A stretch of 19,682 bases of DNA from Fidelibacterota bacterium (GCA_046861395.1 JBHHUC010000037.1:1-19682); one strand, 5' to 3'; shown: positions 1-8,314, numbered from the stretch's first letter. The notes: generated from the sequence alone by a model not told the origin. Numbers and translations: made by a program.

Positions 1-773
1 TCCAACGCGTTCAGTTTACCCCGGATATGCTTCCGGCCGATCTCTTGGGAACGTTGATTTACAATCAGAAAACGGGAAGTTTTGAAACGCGGAAAGGACC
101 AATCTTTGCAAATATTATTCTGGCGGACGAAATTAACCGGGCACCGTCCAAAGTTCAAAGCGCCCTGCTGGAAGCCATGCAGGAAAAGCAGGTGACCATT
201 GGGGAAGAAACATTCATCCTTGATTCTCCTTTCCTAGTCATGGCAACGCAGAATCCCATCGAACAAGAAGGGACCTACCCCTTACCTGAAGCTCAGGTGG
301 ATCGCTTCATGTTCAAATTAAAGGTGGATTATCCGTCCAAGGAGGAAGAGCGTTCCATTCTACGGCAGGCTGCTAAGACGATGGACGCCCATCCTGTCCT
401 GAAGCCCGTAGTCCATCCCGAGGATATCATCGCTGCCCAGGGCGTCATCAATGATATTTATGTGGACGAAAAAGTGGAAGAATACGTTTTAAATCTGGTC
501 TTTGCCACCCGTGATCCGGAAGCCTACGGTGTGAAAGACCTGGCCGGACTGATGGAATTTGGTGCCTCACCCCGGGCCACCATCAATCTTGTACTGGCCG
601 CAAAAGCCCGGGCCTTTATCGAACATCGCGGCTACATAACACCGGAGGATATTCGCTATATCGGACGTGATGTCCTGCGCCACCGGATCATTCTGACCTA
701 TGAAGCGGAAGCCGAAGAATTAAGTTCCGAGGATATTATCAACCGCTTATTCGATTCCATCGAAGTTCCCTGA
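1..773 (+). CDS. moxR: MoxR-family AAA+ ATPase, 5'-truncated by the window edge
   Basis: The frame is open from position 3 (QRVQFTPDMLPAD), so the ATG at 27 is internal. Motifs: Walker B ILADEINRAP..VQSALLEAMQE, ATQNPIEQEGTYPLPEAQ.DRF and GASPRA. Confidence 0.95.
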   Translation, partial: QRVQFTPDMLPADLLGTLIYNQKTGSFETRKGPIFANIILADEINRAPSKVQSALLEAMQEKQVTIGEETFILDSPFLVMATQNPIEQEGTYPLPEAQVDRFMFKLKVDYPSKEEERSILRQAAKTMDAHPVLKPVVHPEDIIAAQGVINDIYVDEKVEEYVLNLVFATRDPEAYGVKDLAGLMEFGASPRATINLVLAAKARAFIEHRGYITPEDIRYIGRDVLRHRIILTYEAEAEELSSEDIINRLFDSIEVP

Positions 774-792
774 TACCGACTAATACCTGGTC

Positions 793-1668
793 ATGATACC
801 CCGCGAGATTTTACAGAAAGTCCGTCAAATAGAGATTCGGACCAAAGGTCTAGTCAATGATGTCTTTGGCGGTGAGTATCACAGTGTTTTCAAAGGCCGG
901 GGAATGACCTTTTCCGAAGTCCGGGAATATCAGCCCGGGGATGATATTCGTTTGATTGACTGGAATGTTACGGCCCGCTATGGCAGTCCCTATGTCAAGA
1001 TTTTCGAAGAGGAAAGGGAATTGACAGTCATACTGGTCATTGATGTTTCACCCTCCGGATTTTTCGGAACCCGCAACCAATTGAAAATTGATCTCGGTAC
1101 CGAACTGGCGGCTGTGTTGGGCTTTTCGGCTATAAAGAATAATGATAAGGTCGGTGCAATTTTATTCAGCGATGCGGTGGAAAGCTACATCCCGCCCAAA
1201 AAGGGGAAAACACATATTCTGCGTTTGGTCCGTGAATTATTATACTACAAACCCCAGGGGACGGGCACATCCATTTCAACCGCACTCGAACTGGTACATC
1301 GTGTGGCCCACCGACGCAGTGTCGTTTTTCTTATCTCCGATTTTCTGGATGACGGCTTCTGGCCGACATTGAAAATTGTTAATAAGAAACATGATTTAAT
1401 CGGAATCCATATCTCCGATTCCGGTGAGCGCTGGTTGCCGGACCTGGGCTTGATTCATGTTCACGATCCGGAAACCGGGGAACGGGTATGGCTGGATACG
1501 GGATCCCGCCAGGACCGGGAAGCATTTACCGAATATCAGGAAAAACGTCTGGAAGCATTGCGCAAACGAGCCCGGAAACACCAGTTTGATTTCATTACTC
1601 TTTCGACCGTGGACGACTATGTGGAACCGCTGATGAATTATTTCCGGCAACGGGAACGGCGTCACTGA
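793..1668 (+). CDS. DUF58 domain / vWA-like MoxR-associated protein
   Basis: Motifs G.G..F.EVREYQPGDDIRLIDWNVTAR, VIDVS.S and VFLISDF; typical position directly after moxR. Confidence 0.93.
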   Translation: MIPREILQKVRQIEIRTKGLVNDVFGGEYHSVFKGRGMTFSEVREYQPGDDIRLIDWNVTARYGSPYVKIFEEERELTVILVIDVSPSGFFGTRNQLKIDLGTELAAVLGFSAIKNNDKVGAILFSDAVESYIPPKKGKTHILRLVRELLYYKPQGTGTSISTALELVHRVAHRRSVVFLISDFLDDGFWPTLKIVNKKHDLIGIHISDSGERWLPDLGLIHVHDPETGERVWLDTGSRQDREAFTEYQEKRLEALRKRARKHQFDFITLSTVDDYVEPLMNYFRQRERRH

Positions 1669-2585
1669 TGAGACGGCTGATCTTCACGGTTATTATCATT
1701 TTGGCCGGGTGTTTTCAGCCGCAGGAAACCCAACCCGACTCCGTAACGGTGGATACCATGATCGATACCACCGCCGGCCTCGTGGGGGATATTTTTCACT
1801 ACCAGATCACCATCGATGGCCTGGACGGGAAATACGTCACCACCCGCGAAATTTTTCCGCCCGGTGCCGAACGCCGTTCTCAGGATAGTTATTGCAAGGA
1901 TCATTCCCGCTATCTGAAATATGAAATCGTTTACTGGGATACGGGCCAGCAAGTGATTCCGCCCCAGGAAATTCAGGTCTATAATGCCGATAGTACATTG
2001 TACGGAACGTTTAAGACTGACCCGATATTCATTACCATCGGATCGGTTCTGACCCAGGATAATGCCAATACGTTGAAACCCATTAAACCACCGGTGCCCG
2101 TGGCGGAAAAACCCGACATAAAAACCATTGCGGCGATTCTACTGGTCATCCTGCTGGTGGCGGGTATTTACTGGATCTGGCGAAAACGGGAAATCACCCA
2201 GCAAAGGATTGCCGTGCAGCAAACCTATATTCCGCCGGATGAGCGGGCCCTTGATTTACTGGCGACCCTCAAAAAGAATCAACATACGGATATCAAGGAA
2301 TGGTACACCGCTTTATCGCATATTCTCAGGGAATATGTGGAGAACAGTTTTTTTATCCGGGCGCTGGAAATGACGACGGAGGAAATCCGGGAGCATAAAA
2401 ATTTACTTCCCATTGATGCGGCACTGGTGGCTGATTTCATCGGTTTGCTGCAAAAAGCTGATCAGGTGAAGTATGCCCGTGCTGTCCCCGACCTCCGGCA
2501 AATGGAGGCCGACATCGCCACTGGTATCGATTTTGTTCACCGCACCATCCCGGCCTGGAAATCGGAAGAACAGGCTTCATCCTGA
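1668..2585 (+). CDS. Hypothetical MoxR/Bat-cluster membrane protein with predicted lipoprotein signal peptide and one internal TM helix
   Basis: TGATG overlap with DUF58. N-terminus MRRLIFTVIIILAG-C is a lipobox (Cys15 at 1710). TM segment IAAILLVILLVAGIYWIW (2127-2180) is followed by RKR. The C-terminal LS.ILREY.E....ALEMTT.EI...ADQVKYA pattern is typical of the third gene of moxR-DUF58-bat clusters. Confidence 0.75.
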   Translation: MRRLIFTVIIILAGCFQPQETQPDSVTVDTMIDTTAGLVGDIFHYQITIDGLDGKYVTTREIFPPGAERRSQDSYCKDHSRYLKYEIVYWDTGQQVIPPQEIQVYNADSTLYGTFKTDPIFITIGSVLTQDNANTLKPIKPPVPVAEKPDIKTIAAILLVILLVAGIYWIWRKREITQQRIAVQQTYIPPDERALDLLATLKKNQHTDIKEWYTALSHILREYVENSFFIRALEMTTEEIREHKNLLPIDAALVADFIGLLQKADQVKYARAVPDLRQMEADIATGIDFVHRTIPAWKSEEQASS

Positions 2586-2606
2586 TTCCGGCAAAGCCGT
2601 AATCAG
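2582..2606 (+). terminator. Stem-loop overlapping the stop codon; possible weak terminator or mRNA-stabilising hairpin
   Basis: CTGATT-C-CGGC-AAA-GCCG-T-AATCAG gives 10 bp with one mismatch. It is followed only by AAATTT, a poor U-tract. Confidence 0.4.
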
Positions 2607-2609
2607 AAA

Positions 2610-2640
2610 TTTGAACTCCCCACCTACCAGTGTAAATTTG
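2610..2640 (+). promoter_or_regulatory. Putative housekeeping promoter for efp-accB-accC-gcvH and downstream genes
   Basis: TTTG (2610-2613), 19 nt, TAAATTTG (2633-2640). Also readable as TTGAAC-16-TAAATT. SD AAGGAG at 2655-2660. Confidence 0.5.
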
Positions 2641-2665
2641 TTGGCTTAATAAGTAAGGAGATTTC

Positions 2666-3223
2666 ATGGCAACGACGGCAGACATACGCAACGGCGCAGT
2701 TCTACTGTTTAAAAACAAGCGGATGAAAATTGTAGAATTCCAGCATGTGAAACCGGGGAAGGGCGGAGCCTTTGTGCGTACAAAGTTGAAGGATATACAG
2801 ACCGGAAAAATTATTGATCATACGTTTAATGCCGGGGCCCGGGTTGAATTCATTCGGGTGGAAGCGAAAACCATGCAATACCTGTATGACGATGGCGAAT
2901 CCTGTGTATTCATGGATAATGAAACGTACGACCAGTTAACCGTTCCGGCTGGGGATGAAAAACAATTTCTGAAGCCCGGAATGAATGTGGATATTCTCTT
3001 TGACGGGAATGAAGTCCTGGATATTCGTTTACCGGCCCATGTGGAAATGAAAGTCACGGATACGGAACCGGGGATGAAAGGCAATACGGCCACCGGGGCT
3101 ACCAAGCCGGCCACCGTTGAATCGGGATTGACGATTCAGGTTCCGCTTTTCATTGATGAAGGGGATATTTTGAAGATTGATACGCGCACCGGAGCGTACG
3201 TGGAACGGGTATCCAAGGCTTAA
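2666..3223 (+). CDS. efp: Translation elongation factor P
   Basis: Motifs FQHVKPGKGGAFVRTKLK, TEPG.KGNTA...TKPA and VPLFI.EGD...IDTR.G.Y.ER; strong SD. Confidence 0.98.
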   Translation: MATTADIRNGAVLLFKNKRMKIVEFQHVKPGKGGAFVRTKLKDIQTGKIIDHTFNAGARVEFIRVEAKTMQYLYDDGESCVFMDNETYDQLTVPAGDEKQFLKPGMNVDILFDGNEVLDIRLPAHVEMKVTDTEPGMKGNTATGATKPATVESGLTIQVPLFIDEGDILKIDTRTGAYVERVSKA

Positions 3224-3235
3224 GCGGGAGTAGGT

Positions 3236-3715
3236 ATGCGAAACTGGCAAGATAAGATCAAAGAAATAATCTATTTATTGGAAAACAGCAGTGTAAATGA
3301 AATCGATGTGACATTTTGGGGTCGCCGCTTTCGGGTGGTGAAGTCTCCCGGTGTCATGTCCGGTTCCCTGGCGCCTGCTCCTACTACGGTCAGCCCCGCC
3401 TCCGTCCCAGCGGAATCCGGTGGCGGCACTCCGGCAGGTGACAATCAACCGGCCGGCGAATCGGTGCTATCTCCCATGCCCGGCACCTTTTACCGTTCAC
3501 CGTCTCCTGACGATCCCCCGTTTGTTACCGAAGGTGATCAGGTGGTAAAAGGCGATACCTTATGTATCATTGAAGCGATGAAAATCATGAATGAAATAGA
3601 ATCGGAAACGAATGGTGTCGTAAAGAAAGTCCTGGCTGAAAACGGGACACCGGTCGAATATAAGAAACCACCGGCGGGTGATGTTTCAAAAAATATTAAT
3701 TGCCAACCGTGGTGA
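3236..3715 (+). CDS. accB: Acetyl-CoA carboxylase biotin carboxyl carrier protein; C-terminus appears frameshifted (original stop probably TGA 3679-3681)
   Basis: Pro/Ala-rich linker, [13 protein letters not shown] and biotinylation motif [12 protein letters not shown]. After ENGTPVEY the conserved .QPLF.I strand is absent and the ORF runs 35 nt into accC. Confidence 0.9.
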   Translation: MRNWQDKIKEIIYLLENSSVNEIDVTFWGRRFRVVKSPGVMSGSLAPAPTTVSPASVPAESGGGTPAGDNQPAGESVLSPMPGTFYRSPSPDDPPFVTEGDQVVKGDTLCIIEAMKIMNEIESETNGVVKKVLAENGTPVEYKKPPAGDVSKNINCQPW

Positions 3716-5024
3716 AATCGCCCTGCGCATCATCCGGGCCTGCCATGAAATCGGAATTAATACTGTAGCGGTTTATTCCACAGCCGATGAACATTCACTC
3801 CATGTGAAATTTGCCGATGAAGCGGTTTGCATCGGTCCTGGTCCCGGCCACGAAAGTTATTTAAATATTCCCCGGATTATTGCAGCTGGTGAGATTACGA
3901 ATGCGGATGCCATTCACCCCGGGTATGGATTTCTGGCGGAAGATGCTAATTTTTCACGCATCTGTGAAGAAAACGGCTTTACCTTCATCGGCCCTTCACC
4001 GCAAATCATCGATGCCATGGGAAATAAATCCCAGGCCAAGTCCACCATGGTACAGGCCGGAGTTCCGGTCATTCCCGGCTCCGATGCCGTGGTCACATCC
4101 CCGGATGAGGCCCGCGCCCTAGCCGAGAAAATGGGTTTTCCCGTCATGCTGAAAGCATCTGCCGGTGGAGGGGGACGTGGGATGCGCTTTGTCCCGGATG
4201 CCTCGGAGATTGAACGAGCCTTCCGAACGGCAGAGTCTGAAGCCCAATCTTCATTCGGGAACGGTGAATTGTATCTCGAGAAGTTCATTGAAAATCCCCG
4301 CCATATTGAAGTACAGATCCTGGGAGATAATTTCGGTAAAATCGTTGCGCTGGGGGAGCGGGAATGTTCCATTCAGCGGCGGCACCAGAAACTTATCGAA
4401 GAATCTCCGTCGGCCATTGTAGATGAAGCTATGCGCACGGAAATGGGGCGGGTCGCAGTAAAAGCAGCACAGGCCGTGAGCTATTACGGAGCCGGAACGA
4501 TTGAATTTTTGGTGGATAAAGAACGTAATTTTTATTTCATGGAAATGAATACCCGTATTCAGGTGGAACATCCGGTGACCGAAATGGTGACCGGTGTCGA
4601 TTTGATAAAACAACAAATCCGGATGCATGCCGGGGAACGGTTTCCCGAATTTCTGAATGACATTAAACTTCGTGGCCATGCCATTGAATGCCGTATCAAT
4701 GCCGAAGACCCTTCCCGAAATTTTCAACCTTCTCCGGGAAAAATTACGGAATTCCACATGCCCGGAGGTAAGGGTGTGCGGGTTGATAGTCATGCCTATG
4801 CCGGATACGTCATTCCGTCTTACTATGATTCCATGATCGGTAAACTCATCGTCTGTGCCAGTACCCGCGAAAGAGCGATTATCCGGATGCAACGGGCTCT
4901 GGAAGAAACGATCATTGAGGGTGTCCAAACAACCATTCCCTATCAATTGGCAATCATGAAGGATAAAACATTTCAAAAAGGGGAGTTTGACACCAGTTAT
5001 TTAGAAACCTTTCATTTTTCATAA
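3681..5024 (+). CDS. accC: Acetyl-CoA carboxylase biotin carboxylase subunit
   Basis: Motifs [70 protein letters not shown] and [11 protein letters not shown] 3681 preferred over GTG 3678. Confidence 0.97.
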   Translation: MFQKILIANRGEIALRIIRACHEIGINTVAVYSTADEHSLHVKFADEAVCIGPGPGHESYLNIPRIIAAGEITNADAIHPGYGFLAEDANFSRICEENGFTFIGPSPQIIDAMGNKSQAKSTMVQAGVPVIPGSDAVVTSPDEARALAEKMGFPVMLKASAGGGGRGMRFVPDASEIERAFRTAESEAQSSFGNGELYLEKFIENPRHIEVQILGDNFGKIVALGERECSIQRRHQKLIEESPSAIVDEAMRTEMGRVAVKAAQAVSYYGAGTIEFLVDKERNFYFMEMNTRIQVEHPVTEMVTGVDLIKQQIRMHAGERFPEFLNDIKLRGHAIECRINAEDPSRNFQPSPGKITEFHMPGGKGVRVDSHAYAGYVIPSYYDSMIGKLIVCASTRERAIIRMQRALEETIIEGVQTTIPYQLAIMKDKTFQKGEFDTSYLETFHFS

Positions 5025-5044
5025 TCATAAAGCATGAGGACATT

Positions 5045-5419
5045 GTGAATATTCCTGAGGACCTGAAATACACCAAAGAACATGAATGGGTTCGGATAGA
5101 GAATGATTCCGCGGTTATTGGTATTACGGATTTCGCGCAGAGTGAGTTGGGTGATATTATTTTTATCGAATATCCCGAAGTAGGACAGGAAATTCAGGCC
5201 GGCGATCCCATGGGGACAATCGAAGCGGTAAAAACGGTCACCGATCTTTTCGCCCCGGTTAGCGGGATTGTGACGGCCGTAAATGAAGCACTGGAGGATT
5301 CGCCTGACCTGGTGAATACGGATCCTTATAATCAGGGTTGGATGGTCGCTATCAAGGTTTCCAGCGACGCCGGTGACCTATTGACGGCTGTAGAATATCA
5401 GGCTCTTTTGGACGATTGA
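5045..5419 (+). CDS. gcvH: Glycine cleavage system H protein (lipoyl carrier)
   Basis: Motifs LKYTKEHEW, GITDFAQSELGDI, lipoyl-Lys motif IEAVKTV and VN.DPY..GW. GTG start with GAGGA SD. Confidence 0.97.
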   Translation: MNIPEDLKYTKEHEWVRIENDSAVIGITDFAQSELGDIIFIEYPEVGQEIQAGDPMGTIEAVKTVTDLFAPVSGIVTAVNEALEDSPDLVNTDPYNQGWMVAIKVSSDAGDLLTAVEYQALLDD

Positions 5420-6177
5420 TGCCCCAGAATAAAACCATCTATCATCGGTTATTGGAAATTTGGCGGAAACGGGGGGCTGTGTATGCCGTCCTGATTGATC
5501 CCGACAGGAAAAATGCCGACTCCATCGATGAACGGGTCCAGACTGCCAACGAAAGTGGTGTAGATGTCATTTTTGTCGGAGGCAGCCTGATGATGGATGG
5601 CTCCTACCAGGAGCGGATCGAACGGATTAAAGCACTATCCCGTCTTCCGGTCATCTTTTTTCCCGGTGGCGTCAGTCAATTGAACCCAGCCTTTGATGCC
5701 ATGTTGTTCTTGTCGATTATTACCGGCCGGAATCCCCATTATCTCATTGGTGAACAGGTGATCGCAGCTCCGCTGGTCAAGGATATTGCCATTGAGACCA
5801 TCGCCACTGGATATATGCTGATTGATGGCGGAACGCGGACAACGGTGGAAGTCATGTCCGGGACGAGCCCAATTCCCGGTGATCGAATCGATGTGGCTGT
5901 AGCTCATGCCCTGGCGGCGCAATATCTGGGCATGGCCATGGTATATCTGGAGGCGGGCAGCGGGGCCCGGAATCCGGTTCCCTTGCCGATGGTTGATGCT
6001 GTTACAAAGGCGCTGGATATTCCCGTCATTGTCGGCGGCGGGATTAAGACTCCGGATGTAGCCAGGGAACGAGTCGTGGCGGGGGCAGGAATCATCGTTA
6101 CTGGGACTGTTTTTGAATCACAGCAAGATGCCCATATCATGCATGAATTTTCCCGGGCCGTACATATCAAGGAATAA
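5419..6177 (+). CDS. Geranylgeranylglyceryl phosphate (GGGP) synthase / PcrB-family prenyltransferase, group II-like
   Basis: TIM-barrel family motifs LIDPD, VGGS, FPG, GRNP.YLIG.Q, GYMLIDGG, YLEAGSGA, VGGGIK and VTGT. ATG overlaps the gcvH stop (TGATG). Confidence 0.92.
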   Translation: MPQNKTIYHRLLEIWRKRGAVYAVLIDPDRKNADSIDERVQTANESGVDVIFVGGSLMMDGSYQERIERIKALSRLPVIFFPGGVSQLNPAFDAMLFLSIITGRNPHYLIGEQVIAAPLVKDIAIETIATGYMLIDGGTRTTVEVMSGTSPIPGDRIDVAVAHALAAQYLGMAMVYLEAGSGARNPVPLPMVDAVTKALDIPVIVGGGIKTPDVARERVVAGAGIIVTGTVFESQQDAHIMHEFSRAVHIKE

Positions 6178-6746
6178 TGCGAAATATTATCACATCCGGT
6201 ATCGAAAATAATCTTAGTCTGATGGAGGAAATAAAAGATGATTTTATTCCCTTGATTGAGGACATTTCGCTGGCTATTATTGAAAGAATCAAGGCTGGCG
6301 GAACCATTTATTGGTGCGGGAATGGAGGCAGCGCCGGACAGGCGCAGCATTTATCGGCCGAATTGGTAGGCGGCTATTATTCCCATGATCGCCCTCCCAT
6401 TGCATCCGTATCCCTGACCACTGACACGTCCATGATCACAGCCTGGGCCAATGATACGGATTTTGATTCCATATTTTCCCGACAACTGGAAGCCCTGGGA
6501 AAGCCCGAGGATGTTCTCATAGGATTGTCCACCAGCGGCAATTCCGCCAATGTGTTAAGAGCATTCCAGACGGCCCGCGGGAAATCGATTCTCACTATCG
6601 CCTTCACCGGTCAATCCGGTGGCGCTTTAAAATCCCACGCCGACATGATCCTGAATATTCCCTGTAAGGATACACCGCGTATCCAGGAAGCCCACTTGCT
6701 GGTCGGGCATATACTCTGCGAGATTATCGAAAAGCAGTTTTCGTAA
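6177..6746 (+). CDS. gmhA: SIS-domain phosphoheptose isomerase-like protein (GmhA family), divergent
   Basis: Motifs CGNGGSA..AQH.SAEL, LTTDTS, ND..F..IFSRQ, STSGNS.N, TG..GG and RIQE.H....H. TAATG overlap with GGGPS. Confidence 0.85.
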   Translation: MRNIITSGIENNLSLMEEIKDDFIPLIEDISLAIIERIKAGGTIYWCGNGGSAGQAQHLSAELVGGYYSHDRPPIASVSLTTDTSMITAWANDTDFDSIFSRQLEALGKPEDVLIGLSTSGNSANVLRAFQTARGKSILTIAFTGQSGGALKSHADMILNIPCKDTPRIQEAHLLVGHILCEIIEKQFS

Positions 6747-6755
6747 ACCATTGCA

Positions 6756-7649
6756 GTGGAATCTCTGCTGAAAGAATATATTGTCATGTTGCAGGTGGAA
6801 AAAAACCTATCCGATAATTCCATTCAGGCCTACCGCCGGGATCTGAAACGTTATCTGGATTATCTGAACGGATCATTGCAGGTTCGCCGGGTGGAAACGA
6901 TCAATCATACCCATGTCCGTCGCTTTATCCGGGATTTATCCCGGTCAGGTTTATCACCGGCCAGCATGGCCCGCACTTTTTCCAGTATAAAATCATTTCA
7001 TGCTTATTTATTGCAGGAAGGCCTGACGGAGCAAAATCCCACCGATATGATGGTGGCACCCAAACGTCCGCAAAAATTACCCGATATTCTTGCCATAGAA
7101 GAAATTGACAGCATTCTGAATGTAATAACGATATCCCATCCCTTAGGAATGCGCGACCAAGCTCTCTTGGAAATGCTGTATTCGGCCGGATTGCGGGTCA
7201 GTGAATTATGCCAACTGGAAATGTCGGACATCCTGTTTGATTCGGAAATGATTCGCGTCATGGGGAAAGGACGGAAAGAACGATTTGTACCGGTGGGACC
7301 CCAGTGTTTACGGCGCCTGAACCGTTATTTGACTCACGCCCGTCCCGGATTTGTAAAAAAGCATAAAAACGAAGCCATTATCTTTGTCAGTCGCAACGGA
7401 AAACCCATTACCCGGATGATGGTCTGGAATCTGATTCGGAAATATTGTCGTCTGGCCGGAATAGAAAAGCCGGTGAGCCCTCATACTTTCCGGCACTCAT
7501 TCGCTACCCATCTTCTGGAGGGTGGCGCCGATTTGCGGGCCGTACAGGAAATGCTCGGCCATGCTGACATATCCACGACCCAGATTTATACTCATCTGGA
7601 TAAGGAATACCTGAAAGAAGTCCATCGAACCTTTCATCCAAGATGGTAA
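6756..7649 (+). CDS. xerD: Tyrosine recombinase XerD
   Basis: N-terminal SAM-like domain (S.NSI.AY.RDL) and full catalytic set LYSAGLRVSEL, GKGRKER, SPHTFRHSFATHLL, QEMLGHADISTTQIYTH, with C-terminal HPR. GTG start. Confidence 0.9.
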   Translation: MESLLKEYIVMLQVEKNLSDNSIQAYRRDLKRYLDYLNGSLQVRRVETINHTHVRRFIRDLSRSGLSPASMARTFSSIKSFHAYLLQEGLTEQNPTDMMVAPKRPQKLPDILAIEEIDSILNVITISHPLGMRDQALLEMLYSAGLRVSELCQLEMSDILFDSEMIRVMGKGRKERFVPVGPQCLRRLNRYLTHARPGFVKKHKNEAIIFVSRNGKPITRMMVWNLIRKYCRLAGIEKPVSPHTFRHSFATHLLEGGADLRAVQEMLGHADISTTQIYTHLDKEYLKEVHRTFHPRW

Positions 7650-7684
7650 ATTCTCCCCCAAAATATTGTAATAAGGATAGTTAA

Positions 7685-8314
7685 ATGCTTTTCAGACTTG
7701 ATCCGTCCGTCCTGGCTTTATTATTACCGGTGCTGTTGTTCGCTCTGGTGTTCCATGAATTTTCCCATGCCTGGATGGCACATAAACTGGGAGACGATAC
7801 GGCAGCCTATCAGGGGCGTCTCACATTGAATCCCATGGCTCACCTGGATTTAATGGGATCGATCATGATACTGTTTGTGGGGTTCGGCTGGGCCAAACCC
7901 GTCCCAGTTAACCCGGCATTTTTACGTAATCCCCGATCGGACATGATGAAAATTGCCTTTGCCGGTCCGGCTTCAAATTTATTTCTAGCCTTTACCGGAG
8001 GTCTTCTTTTTCGTCTCATTGCTTCTTTCGGCGGACATGGCGGGACGATCATGTCCATGCTTTATATTTTTGTCCAAATCAATATTATGCTGGCAGTGTT
8101 TAATTTGATTCCGATCCCGCCACTGGACGGATCCCAAATATTTAGCGGTCTCATGAGCCGACGGAACCCCCAATTGGTTATGAAGTTACAGATGTACGGA
8201 CCCCAGATTCTACTGGGCTTGATCCTGTTTGGCATGATATCCGGTTTTTCCATTTTATGGCTCTTTATGAAACCATTTGTTACACTGTTCATGTATTTGT
8301 TCATTGGATCATGA
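7685..8314 (+). CDS. Site-2 protease family (peptidase M50) intramembrane zinc metalloprotease, no PDZ domain
   Basis: Motifs HEFSH, GD.TA...GRLTLNP..H.D, GWAKPVPVN, AGPASN and FNLIPIPPLDG; several TM segments. Confidence 0.93.
   Translation: MLFRLDPSVLALLLPVLLFALVFHEFSHAWMAHKLGDDTAAYQGRLTLNPMAHLDLMGSIMILFVGFGWAKPVPVNPAFLRNPRSDMMKIAFAGPASNLFLAFTGGLLFRLIASFGGHGGTIMSMLYIFVQINIMLAVFNLIPIPPLDGSQIFSGLMSRRNPQLVMKLQMYGPQILLGLILFGMISGFSILWLFMKPFVTLFMYLFIGS

Noticed and set aside
3914..4976. Long antisense ORFs within accC (241 aa, 152 aa), the one opposite selB (18691-19170) and other nested ORFs in the track
   Set aside because: They lie within or almost entirely overlap well-supported conserved genes and show no recognisable motifs or SD, as expected for antisense or alternative-frame shadows.
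6756..7649. Tyrosine recombinase as an integrase marking a prophage or genomic island
   Set aside because: It has XerD length and signature motifs and is embedded among housekeeping genes. I saw no att-like repeats, tRNA, phage genes or obvious compositional shift.
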